DNA of 64,000 nt from Alphaproteobacteria bacterium (GTDB taxonomy: Bacteria; Pseudomonadota; Alphaproteobacteria; RF32; CAG-239). Of the stretch, positions 29,701-39,276 are shown in pieces. A program made the position numbers and the translations under genes. The DNA is taken from NCBI GenBank assembly GCA_017470165.1, contig JAFUEX010000014.1, positions 1,076-65,075 of the forward strand, read 5' to 3'. Numbering within the stretch: position 1 is the first letter of the stretch; each line of letters starts with the position of its first letter. The notes under the pieces are model-generated. The model searched no databases. It saw only the letters and a list, made by a program, of their open reading frames with translations, and was not told the DNA's origin.

Positions 29701-29791
29701 TAATCAGTGTAATGGCAGCCTTGGAGCTGCCATAACCGACAAAAACACTCAAAACAGCCGCAATAGCCGCTAATTGATTTATCTTCCGCAT
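23795..29791 (-). CDS. Giant secreted cysteine-rich repeat protein (~2000 aa)
   Basis: Signal-peptide-like N-terminus MRKINQLAAIAAVLSVFVGYGSSKA; about 20 Y-x-x-C-x-C-x3-Y-x2/3-C modules. Confidence 0.85.
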   Translation of the reverse strand: MRKINQLAAIAAVLSVFVGYGSSKAAITLINNTRYAVQAAASDNTQDELDLSELATPVPLSGPYYAGAASSPYDCALNYGYVNCDNSPVDCVYSSTGSTSMGANSFTCACNQMSAPEDIELCDGDVFPYHSSFNFLGYARAKGYAVVGGTQMAPGFVAGSDNWFYPQIPVYYCPIMLNNSSPASFYYALTTNYYSKAFPSMHCAVSSTGLEIVGGTNGINCIRPGQGTPAKETYITACVYDAQGVSQQEYEDKLSYLSSCSSAPSLWDSGIYTGSAHTTSRTYSALSAHNEDLCAGTSYDEKGCADYLLSRYYNYMPHYLRNYSNPYLAVEECAINCSSSSLPYNDPSVPEGNEIRPYCQGFHFIYDCDYLRDRYEGYDNVYYYISPLQTTYAAADSNALLGVEKCYDNSVYATRYFAVCGNKASVTSETVCLADNATCSGATGEYTCAGDKYCSACICQSDYVTLAQWCATNGITTDCDYDHYAGVADDGSCSADNDANGPKFKTYALITTDSDGEAANVCPPESQTVALENYNGITAAYLKGKYGSGVEISQCNYLGTDDTAATIKWLITCDSDVYQNVCSPSSNAATSWCVYGRNSSVTMRYEANNNAPLKHCKAASQSGICGQSVYTIDYTGAEVMRTPSDSFKIYTVDTPNACYSTYGKAASVQLCLPAAGSSAAQSNHPSYNCFYDLDEFKYATTSKNGAIACAVRHDLSGDYVLYKGQKRWAECACPQAYSHHYYNCSGGILAGGACKQDLSNVNSSPYLKSKWLSENLPTDAAGDITITSIDLYPYCSCDPSYNKSCTGERETGDGEACNGKYQSCICTPDPLPEHWADSYFGCPDGYEPTGVWRDDGCGQKIYECSDAISCTAEYQYTCDAVGQTGYAAEGCQDSNGDFVRFTACHCKSEYNRTCSGANQSGVGDSDDDYCQLEEDGTKYYKDCTCPSEYVTCSSPATGDTAGGSCIYDSIDSTLSGHTVWEYCSCPDSYEQCGDEGQIPDPNATSCKTSSGITLYSQCSCPAAYKACTTGNRIGYVGDNYLKCLIPSGSSLIGTQDVDSVAYTAGMTIYQRCTCPATYTVCSDHNAVGSGASCLSEIDSKTYWQYCNCETEYNNTCAAPGMLPVSEDDYCQISESDAKYYTQCKCGATGYQRCGHNSVGQGIPCDPADTDFLGDDTHPEASTAPASVQPTLDPQWWPLCSCDTSVYTSLCNSDAETPAPVTSYADYCVTSSGETYYKSCSCKANYNLTCEDETDPSDATSYIYKNVVGSGLSCSTEVTTPAAASGASATTTPVTYYSSCKCQDEYTQDCASKGPAYVPDDVNDYCQNGLNTTKLYKQCVQAAGYTKLCNASGQVGLDYQTVKNNSSSPISIITDQYGTTQILYPNQSASIYLGHFSTPGGINYYKACGCEASFSYSCDNSQTDEDGNLLYHNAIGDSSSGSCNTSPAFSFFDASGNDISASLSTDPASAFFKKCKCNNASYVTPCSHTGTYTVLNPPADADSNYCLLGDQKKLYQNCSCPPNFQTCTGNGQSPSGDGVCFSGGSWINEQSPNTSSMGGSTLYSACVCSSSFSDCSYFDNTIGDSSSPVCTSIETDYTQDSSGSYVANISSTKTFFSTCKCDPNLSPNGKWYTQSSTVAAFENYYQEVSSTYNLTGLTCVDRRNSASNNLSSSIACSGYKCDPPARGLGTPINCPLDNEDYYPNGCECPPWFRSSCSGLGATDTAHSSKGIWGGNHGNNYSANPYWSTCTKQTAKVVYSLICTTGNGSTCRYNDGSGEKSLDAQQVNVILNDDNIDYQSNNETLCYLTDSNNCTAPNTSTTDLRYRDGMPDMSDYSYNSGNCADSGTGTTAYVMFKSGGRYFLNDGELKIFYRDGSCTPTASTNVPKVRYVPAWERITSSMNSDTSTPWILSSRVYKSDGHYYPSCTPQGEGVNKHPSQTEGALPQCMFTADWISHNAWSMSDDDKADCYGDQYVKAHWNHLEWSIDGSGITNMEWEYD

Positions 29792-29956
29792 TGATTCCCC
29801 AATCAATATATACAATCATCCGTACGTTATAATACACATTATCCGAAGATTTGCAAGATTTTTTTGAGGATGTTCGGCGAAAAAATTTGACTTTCCGGAA
29901 GACTGATGATTATGCTGGAGGCGGTTTAACATTATTTTTTTTGAGGAGAAAGTGAG

Positions 29957-30559
29957 ATGAAAAAATGGTGCCTTGGTGCGCTGATGATGGCGACAGCTGC
30001 TGTGAATGCAAAGGCCGCGGATATTGCCCTGCCCTCGCCCAATACCGCAGGAGGAGGCGCGCTGATGGAGGTGATTGGCGCAAGAAGATCGCAGCGGAAT
30101 TTTGATGCAAAACGCAATTTGAGCGAGCAGGATTTGGCTGATTTGCTGTGGGCAACTTGGGGAATATCCTCGGATAAGGGGCTCAGAGTGGTGCCGACAG
30201 CGCGGAATTTGCAAAATATCGACCTTTATGTGCTGCGGGCGGACGGAGTTTATTTGTATGAGGCCAAAGGTAATACGCTAAAGCAGCTTACCAATCGTGA
30301 TTTGCGCTCACTGATGCTCAAAGGGCAACAGTTTGCTTTTGATGCGCCGGTGCACTTGCTGTTTGTGACCGATGATGCGAGGTTTGGCGATTTTCATGCC
30401 GGTTCGATGTATCAAAATGCCGGATTGTTTTGCGCAGACCGAGGGTTGAGCTGTGTGGTGCGGGCGATGTATGACGCAGATGAGCTGAAAAAGGAAATGG
30501 GGCTTATCGGCGAAAACAAAGTCGTGATGAGTATGGCAATAGGCTATCCGGCAAAATAA
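29957..30559 (+). CDS. Nitroreductase family (SagB/ThcOx-like) protein with signal peptide
   Basis: RRSQRNF, LADLLWATWG, RVVPTARNLQ, AGSMYQNAGL, MAIGYP. Confidence 0.9.
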   Translation: MKKWCLGALMMATAAVNAKAADIALPSPNTAGGGALMEVIGARRSQRNFDAKRNLSEQDLADLLWATWGISSDKGLRVVPTARNLQNIDLYVLRADGVYLYEAKGNTLKQLTNRDLRSLMLKGQQFAFDAPVHLLFVTDDARFGDFHAGSMYQNAGLFCADRGLSCVVRAMYDADELKKEMGLIGENKVVMSMAIGYPAK

Positions 30560-30575
30560 GCAGCGCCATCCGAAT

Positions 30576-30614
30576 AAAAAACGGCAGGCTCAATGCAATG
30601 GCTTGCCGTTTTTT
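30576..30614. terminator. Bidirectional terminator
   Basis: AAAAAACGGCAGGC-loop-GCTTGCCGTTTTTT between convergent genes. Confidence 0.75.
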
Positions 30615-30644
30615 GTGATTTGCAGATAACACTGCACTGAGAGG

Positions 30645-33600
30645 TTAATTACCGGAACGGATGCGATGTACCCGCTCATAAAGCCCCTCAAAGAGGATAT
30701 AGAGCAGCGGAATGACCAGCAGCCCCAAAGCTGTTCCCAACAACATTCCATAGAACACCGGCACGCCGATAGCCACGCGCGAAGCAGCGCCGGCACCGGT
30801 GGCGACAATCATCGGGAACACGCCCAAGATAAAGGTGAAAGCTGTCATCAACACTGCACGGAAACGCTCTTTGGTGGCAACCATGGCCGACTTGACCAAA
30901 GTGGCGCCCTTAGCGTGCTCTTCTTTGGCAAACTCTACCACCAAAATGGCGTTTTTGGCGGCCAAACCCACCAATAAGATGAGCCCCAACTGCGCATAAA
31001 TACTCAGCGGCTGACCGGCAAAAAACAGACCGGCGAGCGCACCCAGCATTGCCACGGCAACCGAGGTGAGCACCGGAAGCGGAGTAATCCAGCTCTCGTA
31101 TTGAGCCACCAAGAACAAATAACCAAACAAAATGGCCAAGGCAAGCAAGTATCCGATTTGCCCTTGCGAGTGCTTTTCCTGATAAGAAATGCTGGACCAT
31201 TCATAGCCAAAACCTTCGGGCATTTGGGCAGCCAATTTTTCGACCGCGGTCATCGCCTCACCGGTGCTCACTGTCGGATTTTGCACGGCGGTGATGGTGG
31301 CCGAAGGATACTGATTGTAGCGGCTGACCACCCGAGGAGAGAGAACTTTGCTCAAACGGATAACGCTGCTCAAAGGCACCATTTCGCCATCGTTGTTTTG
31401 CACGTGAAGGTTGTTAATCGAATCTATGTCTTTGCGGTTTTTCCAATCGGCCTGAACCATAACCTTGTTAACCTGAGTGCCGAAGTTTACATCATTGATG
31501 TAGGCCGAGCCGAGGTAATACTGCAAGGTGGAGAAAATCGAGCCGATGCTGACCTTCATACTCTCGGCCTTAACACGGTCGATATCTACAAAAATATTAG
31601 GCGTCTTGGCGGTGTAGGTGGTATAGGCATAGGCAACCTCGGGTGCGGCATTAATCTTGGCTAACATAGACATTAAGGCCTGTTCGATTGCTTGCGGGTC
31701 GTCGGTATCAAGCGACTGCAATCTGAAGTCCATACCGCCGCTCATGCCCAAGCCCATAATTGCCGGCATTTCAAAAAGCTGAATATCGGCATCGGGATAC
31801 TGCGACAATTCGGCACGCAGCCGGTTCAATATCTTGGTAGAGTGCTGCTCCGAATTGCGTTTGTTCCACGGCTCTAGCACAATAATCAACATAGCGACAT
31901 TTTCACCGGTGCCGCCAATCATACTGATACCGGTAATGGTCATGGTGGCCTTAACACCGGCTTCCTGACGGATAATCGGGGTTATCTTGTCGATAAAGGC
32001 CTGCGTGCGCTCGCGCGAGGCACCTTCCGGCAACTGCACATTGCCCATTATCACGCCTTGGTCTTCGGAAGGAATAAAAGAAGTCTGACTGATGCGCAAG
32101 ATGCCGCCGATTACCAACAGGGCTAAAGCATATACCACGGCGACCACGGCGATTTTGCGGCCGAAAATGCCGACAATGCCGACATAGGTGTCGCGGCTTT
32201 TGTTAAGGATTGTGTTAAACCATTTTAAGGGGCCTTTGGTGACCGGTTTTAATGGACGCAGCAAGGTAGCGCACAAAGCCGGTGATAAGGTCAGCGCGTT
32301 CACCGAGGAGAAGAACACCGCCAACGAAATCGACACGGCAAATTGCTGATAAATCTTGCCGGTGATGCCGCCCATAAACCCGACCGGCACAAAAATCGCC
32401 AGCAATACCAAGGTGGTGGCAACAATAGCCGATGACACCTCGCTCATGGCTTTAATGGCGGCTTCTTTGGGTGATAATTGCTCGTTTTCCATCAAGGTGA
32501 GCACGCGCTCAACCACCACAATCGCATCATCGACCACCAAGCCTATCGCCAGCACCAGACCGAATAAGGTCAACATATTGAGGCTATAACCCAAAACCAA
32601 CATTACGGCAAAAGTGGCCAGCAAAGATACCGGAATGGTAATTGAGGGCACCAAAGTCGAGCGCCAATCCTGCAAAAACATATAGCAAACCAACACCACA
32701 AGAGCAAAAGTCAACACCAAGGTGAACACCACTTCTTCGATAGAGGCAGAGATATATTCGGTGGAATCATAACCGATAAGATAGTCAACCCCTTGAGGGA
32801 AGTTGGCCTTGAGGCGCTTGAGCTCTTGCTTTAGGTTTTTCATAGCATCCAGCGCATTGGCTCCGGTAAGCTGATTGACGGCAATGGCAACATTGGGAAC
32901 GCCGTTGTAACGCGATGTAGCACGATAAGACTCCTCGCCAATCTCTATGCGGGCGATGTCTTTGAGCTGCACCAAACCGCCGGCCTCGGCACGACGCACG
33001 ATAATGTTTTTAAAATCTTCAACCTCGTTGACACGACCTTGGGTCTGCAGCGAATAAACCATTTGCTGTTTGCCGTCACCTGGCATAGCGCCGATTTTGC
33101 CCAAAGAGGGCTGATAGTTTTGCCCCTGAATGGCCGCGGTGATGGTTTCAATCGGCAATTTCAAGGCGGCGATTTTGTCGGCATCAAGCCAAACGCGCAT
33201 ACTCAAACGGGCGGAATAAACATTGACCTCACCGACGCCGTTGACACGAGTGAGCGAGTTTTTGATATTGTTTTGCACATAGTCGCTGAGCTCGCTGTTG
33301 GTCCAGCTGTTGTCGGGAGAAAACACCGAAACAAACCCCAAAATATTTGAGGAGCGGCGCATAACCCGCAAACCTTGGCGCTGCACCTCGGTCGGCAACT
33401 GGGACAAGGCCTGCTGAATGCGGTTTTGCACCTTGACCTGAGCCATATCGGAATCAGTTCCGGCTTTGAAGGTGACGGTGAGACGATAGGACGAATCCTC
33501 GGAGGATGAATCCATATATATCATATCCTCCACACCGTTAATCTGCTCTTCCAGCGGGATACCGATGGTGCGGGCAACCACCTCGGCCGATGCTCCGGGG

Positions 33601-33749
33601 TATGTGGCCGAGACCACAATCTCGGGAGGGGTGATTTCCGGATACAAAGCTATAGGCAGCGAAAATACCGAAATCAATCCGGCAATCGACATCACGATGG
33701 AAATTACAATCGCAAAACGCGGACGCTCAATAAATATGCGCGAAAACAT
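30645..33749 (-). CDS. RND efflux permease (HAE1, AcrB/BepG-like)
   Basis: FIERPRFAIV, YPEITPP, AIGLVVDDAIVVVE, GLAAKNAILVVEFA, RFRAVLMT. Confidence 0.95.
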   Translation of the reverse strand: MFSRIFIERPRFAIVISIVMSIAGLISVFSLPIALYPEITPPEIVVSATYPGASAEVVARTIGIPLEEQINGVEDMIYMDSSSEDSSYRLTVTFKAGTDSDMAQVKVQNRIQQALSQLPTEVQRQGLRVMRRSSNILGFVSVFSPDNSWTNSELSDYVQNNIKNSLTRVNGVGEVNVYSARLSMRVWLDADKIAALKLPIETITAAIQGQNYQPSLGKIGAMPGDGKQQMVYSLQTQGRVNEVEDFKNIIVRRAEAGGLVQLKDIARIEIGEESYRATSRYNGVPNVAIAVNQLTGANALDAMKNLKQELKRLKANFPQGVDYLIGYDSTEYISASIEEVVFTLVLTFALVVLVCYMFLQDWRSTLVPSITIPVSLLATFAVMLVLGYSLNMLTLFGLVLAIGLVVDDAIVVVERVLTLMENEQLSPKEAAIKAMSEVSSAIVATTLVLLAIFVPVGFMGGITGKIYQQFAVSISLAVFFSSVNALTLSPALCATLLRPLKPVTKGPLKWFNTILNKSRDTYVGIVGIFGRKIAVVAVVYALALLVIGGILRISQTSFIPSEDQGVIMGNVQLPEGASRERTQAFIDKITPIIRQEAGVKATMTITGISMIGGTGENVAMLIIVLEPWNKRNSEQHSTKILNRLRAELSQYPDADIQLFEMPAIMGLGMSGGMDFRLQSLDTDDPQAIEQALMSMLAKINAAPEVAYAYTTYTAKTPNIFVDIDRVKAESMKVSIGSIFSTLQYYLGSAYINDVNFGTQVNKVMVQADWKNRKDIDSINNLHVQNNDGEMVPLSSVIRLSKVLSPRVVSRYNQYPSATITAVQNPTVSTGEAMTAVEKLAAQMPEGFGYEWSSISYQEKHSQGQIGYLLALAILFGYLFLVAQYESWITPLPVLTSVAVAMLGALAGLFFAGQPLSIYAQLGLILLVGLAAKNAILVVEFAKEEHAKGATLVKSAMVATKERFRAVLMTAFTFILGVFPMIVATGAGAASRVAIGVPVFYGMLLGTALGLLVIPLLYILFEGLYERVHRIRSGN

Positions 33750-33753
33750 CTGA

Positions 33754-34917
33754 CTACTTAGCCTCCTTGGAATCATCCGAAATTAAACTGGCACGCACCG
33801 AGGCGCCGTCTTTGGCCTTTTGCAGACCGTTGACGATGACTTTTTCGCCGCCTTTCAGCCCCTCGAGTACAATTTGTTTGCCCTCAAAAGTGCCGTCTAA
33901 TTTGACCCGCTGCTCGGTGACAAGCCCCTCATCGTTGACCGTGAAAACATAAGCACCGTTGGCATCTTGCATAACCGCAGCCGGATTGATGATGACCTGC
34001 TTGGTCTCGTTGGCCGAGGAGACTATCACATCGACATAATTGCCGGCGATGAGCTGGTTGGAAGAATTTTCATATTCCAGATAAACGGCCAATGTCGCGG
34101 TGTTGGGATTAATCTCGTTGTCGATAAATGCCGAAAGCGCGTTTTCTTCCAAAATGCTGTTGTCGGGCAACGACAGCCGCGTGCGCAACTCGCCGGACTT
34201 GAAAGTTTTGAGCGCGTAGTGGTCTTTGTCGGGAACCGAAAAAGCCACTCTTATCGGGGAATTTTGCACTATGCGCGCCAAAGTTACCGAATTGGAGCTG
34301 ACCAAGTTGCCCTCGGTAACCAAGGCCTTGCCGATTTTGCCGCTGATGGGGGCTTTAATTTCGGTGTGCATAAGGTCTATTTGCGCCAATTCCAAATTAG
34401 CCTTGGCTTGCGCAACTGCCGCTTTAGCCTGTAAATAAGCACTCTCGGCAGTATCCAAAGTCGATTTGGAAGCATATTGCTTGGTGCTGAGAGCCTTTTG
34501 GCGATTGTAATCACGTTCGGCGCGAACAAAATTGGCCTGTGCACTGGTCAGAGCCGCTTTGGCTAAATCGACATTGGCCAAATAGCGGTCTTGTTCGATA
34601 ATGAACAAGACATCACCCTCTTGGACAATGGAGCCTTCCTGAAATAAAACTTTCTCAATATAGCCGGAGACTTGCGGAATAAGGTTAACACTCTTAATGG
34701 GTTCAACCGCGGCGATATATTGCTTTTGCGGCGAGACATCTTTGAGCAGCGCCTCCTCTACCAAAACGTGAGCTGCACCTTGGGCTCCGCCCATCATCAT
34801 AGAGCCTTGCGGGGTGATCTTGGCTTTGAGATACCAGCCGAATGCCACACACAACATAGCGATAACAAAATTGCGGATAATTACCCGTTTACTAACCTTA
34901 ACTACTTGCATTACCAT
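33754..34917 (-). CDS. RND periplasmic adaptor (MFP)
   Basis: PQVSGYIEKVLFQEGSIV..GDVLFIIE, TEIKAPISGKIG, GLKGGEKVIVNGLQK. Confidence 0.93.
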   Translation of the reverse strand: MVMQVVKVSKRVIIRNFVIAMLCVAFGWYLKAKITPQGSMMMGGAQGAAHVLVEEALLKDVSPQKQYIAAVEPIKSVNLIPQVSGYIEKVLFQEGSIVQEGDVLFIIEQDRYLANVDLAKAALTSAQANFVRAERDYNRQKALSTKQYASKSTLDTAESAYLQAKAAVAQAKANLELAQIDLMHTEIKAPISGKIGKALVTEGNLVSSNSVTLARIVQNSPIRVAFSVPDKDHYALKTFKSGELRTRLSLPDNSILEENALSAFIDNEINPNTATLAVYLEYENSSNQLIAGNYVDVIVSSANETKQVIINPAAVMQDANGAYVFTVNDEGLVTEQRVKLDGTFEGKQIVLEGLKGGEKVIVNGLQKAKDGASVRASLISDDSKEAK

Positions 34918-35044
34918 AATTCTCCAACAGTTAATTTCAATCAAATGATTTATTAACTGCAACGTATAGCGCAAAATAGTTAAAAATCAATAACTTTTTA
35001 TGATTTTTTGCGATAAAAAAACACTTCTGCCAAGTCCATTGCCA

Positions 35045-37165
35045 TCAGCGCTCGCTGCGAATGGCGGCAACACAACGAATAAATGCCGCATCATCGGCCA
35101 AACGCTCTAAGGGTACCGGTAATTTGCGCCGCCAATTGGGATGGCGGTCTTTGTCGGTTCCGGGGAGGTTTTGCATTACGGTGACGTGCAAAATATCTTC
35201 CAACTGTGCCAAATAAACCGGCGAAGATGAACGCGCCACAAACCTTTCAACCGCCTCTTCAATACCCTCGGGATAGCCCTCGCCATAAATATAATCGCCG
35301 CGCCGCGGACGGTCGAGCGGCCAAACTTTAGCTGCATCCAAGGCATCCAGCAACTTGCACCGGTCGTTTTCTCTGAGGTGGTAAGCGGCGATTTTGTCGG
35401 CCTCGGATGCAATGATGCCGACCTGAAAATTGGTTTCAATATCATAGCCGAACCACCACATTTTTAACGGCGCCATATCGTGAGTACCCACCGAAGTGAA
35501 AGCATTGGCGGGATAGCATTGCGGTTGCTTAAAATCGCCCTGCCCGCAGCCCCAACGCTCGGCCCAAAGGATGTTCAGCGAATAGATGTTTTTTTGCGCC
35601 AGTTTTTCCAAAAAGCCTTCCGGAACATTGCCGATGCTCTCGCCGGCAACCACACAATTATTGAGTGCACTTTCCAAAACCACCAGATTTAACATATCGT
35701 CAAAATTGTAATAAAGATAGGTGCCGCGCTCATCGGCATCCGGTACGACATACAGCCGCATTAAACTCATCACATGGTCAATGCGCAAGGCGCCAGCCTG
35801 CATATTGGCACGCAAAATTTTGATAAACGGCGCATAAGCCTGCTCTTTGAGTTTGAGCGGATTGAATGTTCCCAAGCCCCATTTTTGACCGCTTGGGAAA
35901 AAAGCATCCGGCGGAGCACCGGTGCCGCAGTCTGACATAAATAAATCGGGATTGCTCCAAACCTCGGCCGAATCACGCCCGACGCCGACCGCTAAATCGC
36001 GATATAAGCCTATCGCAAGCCCGCAGGAGGATATTTGCTGCTGTACCAAATCAAACTGACGAAAAGCCTCAAACTGCAAAAATTTGAAAAATTCGATGCG
36101 CTTGGGGTGTGACGAGCGGAAACTTTGCGCCGCCCCGCACTGAGGCGAAGGATAGGTCTTGGACCAATCGTTGAAATAACGTCCGGAAGCACACTCGTGC
36201 TCATAGATGGCCTCAAAGAGCGCCAAATTGTCCAAATCGCTGCCGTATTTGTCGCAAAATTCGGCATAAGCCTGTCGACGAGGCGAGTTGCTTTTAGCTG
36301 TACAAAAACGCTGCCAGCAGCGCTCAAGCATTTTTATTTTGAGATTGTAGACATCGTTGTAATTGATAATCTCTTCGGAACGCAGACGCTCGATATCCGC
36401 GGCAATTTCTGCCTTATCCGCGGCAGAAAATTCCGGCAAATTTTCCACATCAATATAAATCGGATTGAGAAAGGTGCGCGAAATCGACATATAAGGGCTG
36501 GCATTCTCCGGACAATGGTGATACAGAACATTAATGGGATTAATGCCGATAACATCAGCCTTGACCGCGGCGCACAAACGCACAAATTCACTCAAGTCGC
36601 TGAAATCGCCGATACCCCAATTGTGCTGACTGCGCAAAGCATAAAGCTGGATAGCAAAACCATAGAGCTTGTGTTGGTCCGAGCTATGCGAACAACAAGT
36701 TTGAGGAGCAATCGCTAATTTGGAATAGGCAGTTTTGCCACCGGCCTGAACCTCCAAGTCATAGTATCCGATATCAAGCGGGGTGTTAATACGCAGGCTT
36801 TCACGATAGAACAGAGCCCGTGAGGCGGTGTCTTTGAGATAGGTATAATCCAAAGGGATACGACGATGGTCGGCAGCAATGGCGGTGAGCGAAATGTCGG
36901 ACAAATCGGGCGAGACTACATCAATTGTCACATCGCCCTGCACACGGACATAAATCGGCTCCAGCATTTTGCGCCAACGGGCGTTTTGCAATTTGATGAG
37001 CGAGTTTTGCGCTTGCTTGGGGGTGTCGGCCGGATAGCCCAAAGCGCGGGTGAAAAAACGCAGAGTTTTGTCACTGACTTCGTAATCGCAGCGCTTGATG
37101 CCGGCATCGCAAAAATGGTCGGCTATGCCCAATAACGAGGCTAATTCGTGCAAAGTTTCGGTCAT
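35045..37165 (-). CDS. malQ: 4-alpha-glucanotransferase (GH77)
   Basis: QLYALRS..NWGIGDFSDL, YRDLAVG, GAPPDAF, LRIDHVM, GTHDMA, NLPGT..HPNWRRKL. Confidence 0.96.
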   Translation of the reverse strand: MTETLHELASLLGIADHFCDAGIKRCDYEVSDKTLRFFTRALGYPADTPKQAQNSLIKLQNARWRKMLEPIYVRVQGDVTIDVVSPDLSDISLTAIAADHRRIPLDYTYLKDTASRALFYRESLRINTPLDIGYYDLEVQAGGKTAYSKLAIAPQTCCSHSSDQHKLYGFAIQLYALRSQHNWGIGDFSDLSEFVRLCAAVKADVIGINPINVLYHHCPENASPYMSISRTFLNPIYIDVENLPEFSAADKAEIAADIERLRSEEIINYNDVYNLKIKMLERCWQRFCTAKSNSPRRQAYAEFCDKYGSDLDNLALFEAIYEHECASGRYFNDWSKTYPSPQCGAAQSFRSSHPKRIEFFKFLQFEAFRQFDLVQQQISSCGLAIGLYRDLAVGVGRDSAEVWSNPDLFMSDCGTGAPPDAFFPSGQKWGLGTFNPLKLKEQAYAPFIKILRANMQAGALRIDHVMSLMRLYVVPDADERGTYLYYNFDDMLNLVVLESALNNCVVAGESIGNVPEGFLEKLAQKNIYSLNILWAERWGCGQGDFKQPQCYPANAFTSVGTHDMAPLKMWWFGYDIETNFQVGIIASEADKIAAYHLRENDRCKLLDALDAAKVWPLDRPRRGDYIYGEGYPEGIEEAVERFVARSSSPVYLAQLEDILHVTVMQNLPGTDKDRHPNWRRKLPVPLERLADDAAFIRCVAAIRSER

Positions 37166-37193
37166 ATTATTTCTCCGTGTTCAAAGACAAGGT

Positions 37194-39266
37194 TCAATTG
37201 ATGGCAATAACCAGCACACTCCATGCCGGAACCGTAATGGTTTTGGAATTACCCAGCGGGGTGTCGGTTTTGAAACGCTCGGAAGTATCCAGCAGCAGTT
37301 TCCAATAAAATTCTTTTTTCAAATTGGGCAATGTCCATTCTTGCGGCTGATGTCCGGCATTGAAAATAACCAACATAAAACGGTCGTCCTGATGCACCAA
37401 ATAAGCAATGGAATGACGGTTGCCGTCTTGCCAATCAGAGCTGCCAAACTCGGTGCCGGCAGAGGTATACCACGCGATATCCTTGTAGCCGGACGGCCCC
37501 GCTTGACCGGTAAAAAATTGCCGCCGAGCAAAAAAGCCGACATTTTTACGCAGATTGATTAGTTTGCGCACAAAGGTCATCTGCTTGCGCTGCCACGGCA
37601 ACATCCCCTCCCACACAAACCAATTAATGGCATTGTCTTGGCAATAGGGATTATTGTTGCCCATTTGCGTGCGCCCCAATTCATCGCCGAAGGCAATCAT
37701 CGGGGTACCGAAAGATAACAGCAGCGAAGCCAACATCGCCCGCATCCGGTCCTTGCGATTTTTCATAATAATCTGATTGGAAGTTTCGCCCTCGGCACCG
37801 GAGTTCCAACTCCAATTGCTGTCATTGCCGTCGTGGTTATTTTCGCCGTTGGCCTGATTGTGTTTGTCTTTGTAGCTCACCAAATCATAAAGGGTGAAAC
37901 CATCGTGCGCGGTGATAAAATTGATGCTGGAGGCAATTGAGCGACCATAGTGGTTGAACACATCACCCGAGCCGGTTAAACGGGTGGCAAACTCGGCAAT
38001 CTGACCGGAATCACCTTTCCAAAGACGGCGCAGATTGTCGCGGTATTTGTCGTTCCACTCGGCCCAAGGCGCGGGAAAAGCACCCAATTGGTAACCGCCA
38101 TCACCCACATCCCACGGCTCGGCAATGATTTTGACACTTTGCAAAACTTCGTCTTGCGCCACAGCATACAAAAAGCCGCTGTCTTGTTTGAAAGCACCGT
38201 TTTGCCGCGCCAAAGACGAAGCCAAATCAAAACGAAAACCATCAATGTGCATTTCGCGCACCCAATAACGCAAGGAATCCATCACCATACGTAAACAATA
38301 GCGATTTTGCAAATTGAGACTGGCACCGCAACCGGTGGTATCCTGATAAAAACGCGGCTCTTTGGCATCCAAAAGATAGTAAGAGTGATTGTCAATCCCG
38401 CGGTAGCACAAAGTGGGACCTAAATGATTGCCCTCGCCGGTGTGATTGTAGACCACATCTAAGATGACCTCCAGCCCGTGAGCGTGCATTTTTTTGACCA
38501 TATCTTTTATCTCGGAGATATCGCCGCCGGAAAGATAGGACTGCTCGGGAGCAAAGTAACTGAAGCTCTCATAGCCCCAATAATTATCAATGATGAAGCC
38601 GCGCTTGTGGCGGTTGCCGAAAAAGGCGTGCACCGGCAAAAACTCCACGGCGGTAACCCCTAAGTGCTTGAGATAATTGATGGTGGAGGCCTCACCGAAA
38701 GCCGCGAAAGTGCCGCGTTTGGAATCGCTCAAAAACGGGCTGAGGCGTGTGGCTCCGCGCAGATGGGTTTCATAGATTATACTGTTGGCCAAATCATAAT
38801 TGGGACGGGTATCACCCTGCCAATCATAAGCGTCATCAACAACCACCGATTTGGGCACATAAGGCGCGGAATCCAAACGTGAAAAAGACAAATCACGTGC
38901 GGGGTCATCCCAGTCATAGCCGAAAATTGCCTTGTGCCAGATAAGTGTACCCACCAGTTTTTTGCCATAAGGGTCGATAAGCAGTTTGTTGGGATTGAAC
39001 CGATAGCCGCGCAACGGATCATAAGGACCATACACCCGATATCCATAAACCAAGCCGGCAGACGCCCCCTCAAGATAGATGTGCCATATGTTGTTGTCAG
39101 CCTCGGTGATGGCATAGCGGGCAATTTCTTGCGCACCGCTCTCATCAAAAATACAAAGCTCCACCTTGGTGGCGTGCGCCGAAAACAACGCAAAATTTAC
39201 TCCCTGCCCGTCGTATGTGGCGCCGAGCGGATAAGCCAACCCCGATGATGCTTGGTATGCAGCCAT
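37194..39266 (-). CDS. glgX: Glycogen debranching enzyme
   Basis: GVNFALFSAHA, NYWGY, DVVYNHTGEG, DGFRFDLA, AEPWD, NFITAHDGFTL, GNNNPYCQDN. Confidence 0.97.
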   Translation of the reverse strand: MAAYQASSGLAYPLGATYDGQGVNFALFSAHATKVELCIFDESGAQEIARYAITEADNNIWHIYLEGASAGLVYGYRVYGPYDPLRGYRFNPNKLLIDPYGKKLVGTLIWHKAIFGYDWDDPARDLSFSRLDSAPYVPKSVVVDDAYDWQGDTRPNYDLANSIIYETHLRGATRLSPFLSDSKRGTFAAFGEASTINYLKHLGVTAVEFLPVHAFFGNRHKRGFIIDNYWGYESFSYFAPEQSYLSGGDISEIKDMVKKMHAHGLEVILDVVYNHTGEGNHLGPTLCYRGIDNHSYYLLDAKEPRFYQDTTGCGASLNLQNRYCLRMVMDSLRYWVREMHIDGFRFDLASSLARQNGAFKQDSGFLYAVAQDEVLQSVKIIAEPWDVGDGGYQLGAFPAPWAEWNDKYRDNLRRLWKGDSGQIAEFATRLTGSGDVFNHYGRSIASSINFITAHDGFTLYDLVSYKDKHNQANGENNHDGNDSNWSWNSGAEGETSNQIIMKNRKDRMRAMLASLLLSFGTPMIAFGDELGRTQMGNNNPYCQDNAINWFVWEGMLPWQRKQMTFVRKLINLRKNVGFFARRQFFTGQAGPSGYKDIAWYTSAGTEFGSSDWQDGNRHSIAYLVHQDDRFMLVIFNAGHQPQEWTLPNLKKEFYWKLLLDTSERFKTDTPLGNSKTITVPAWSVLVIAIN

Positions 39267-39276
39267 TAAAATCTCC

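Noticed and set aside
29957-30559. RiPP (thiazole/oxazole) biosynthesis gene
   Set aside because: Stand-alone nitroreductase-fold protein with a signal peptide; no YcaO or precursor peptide nearby
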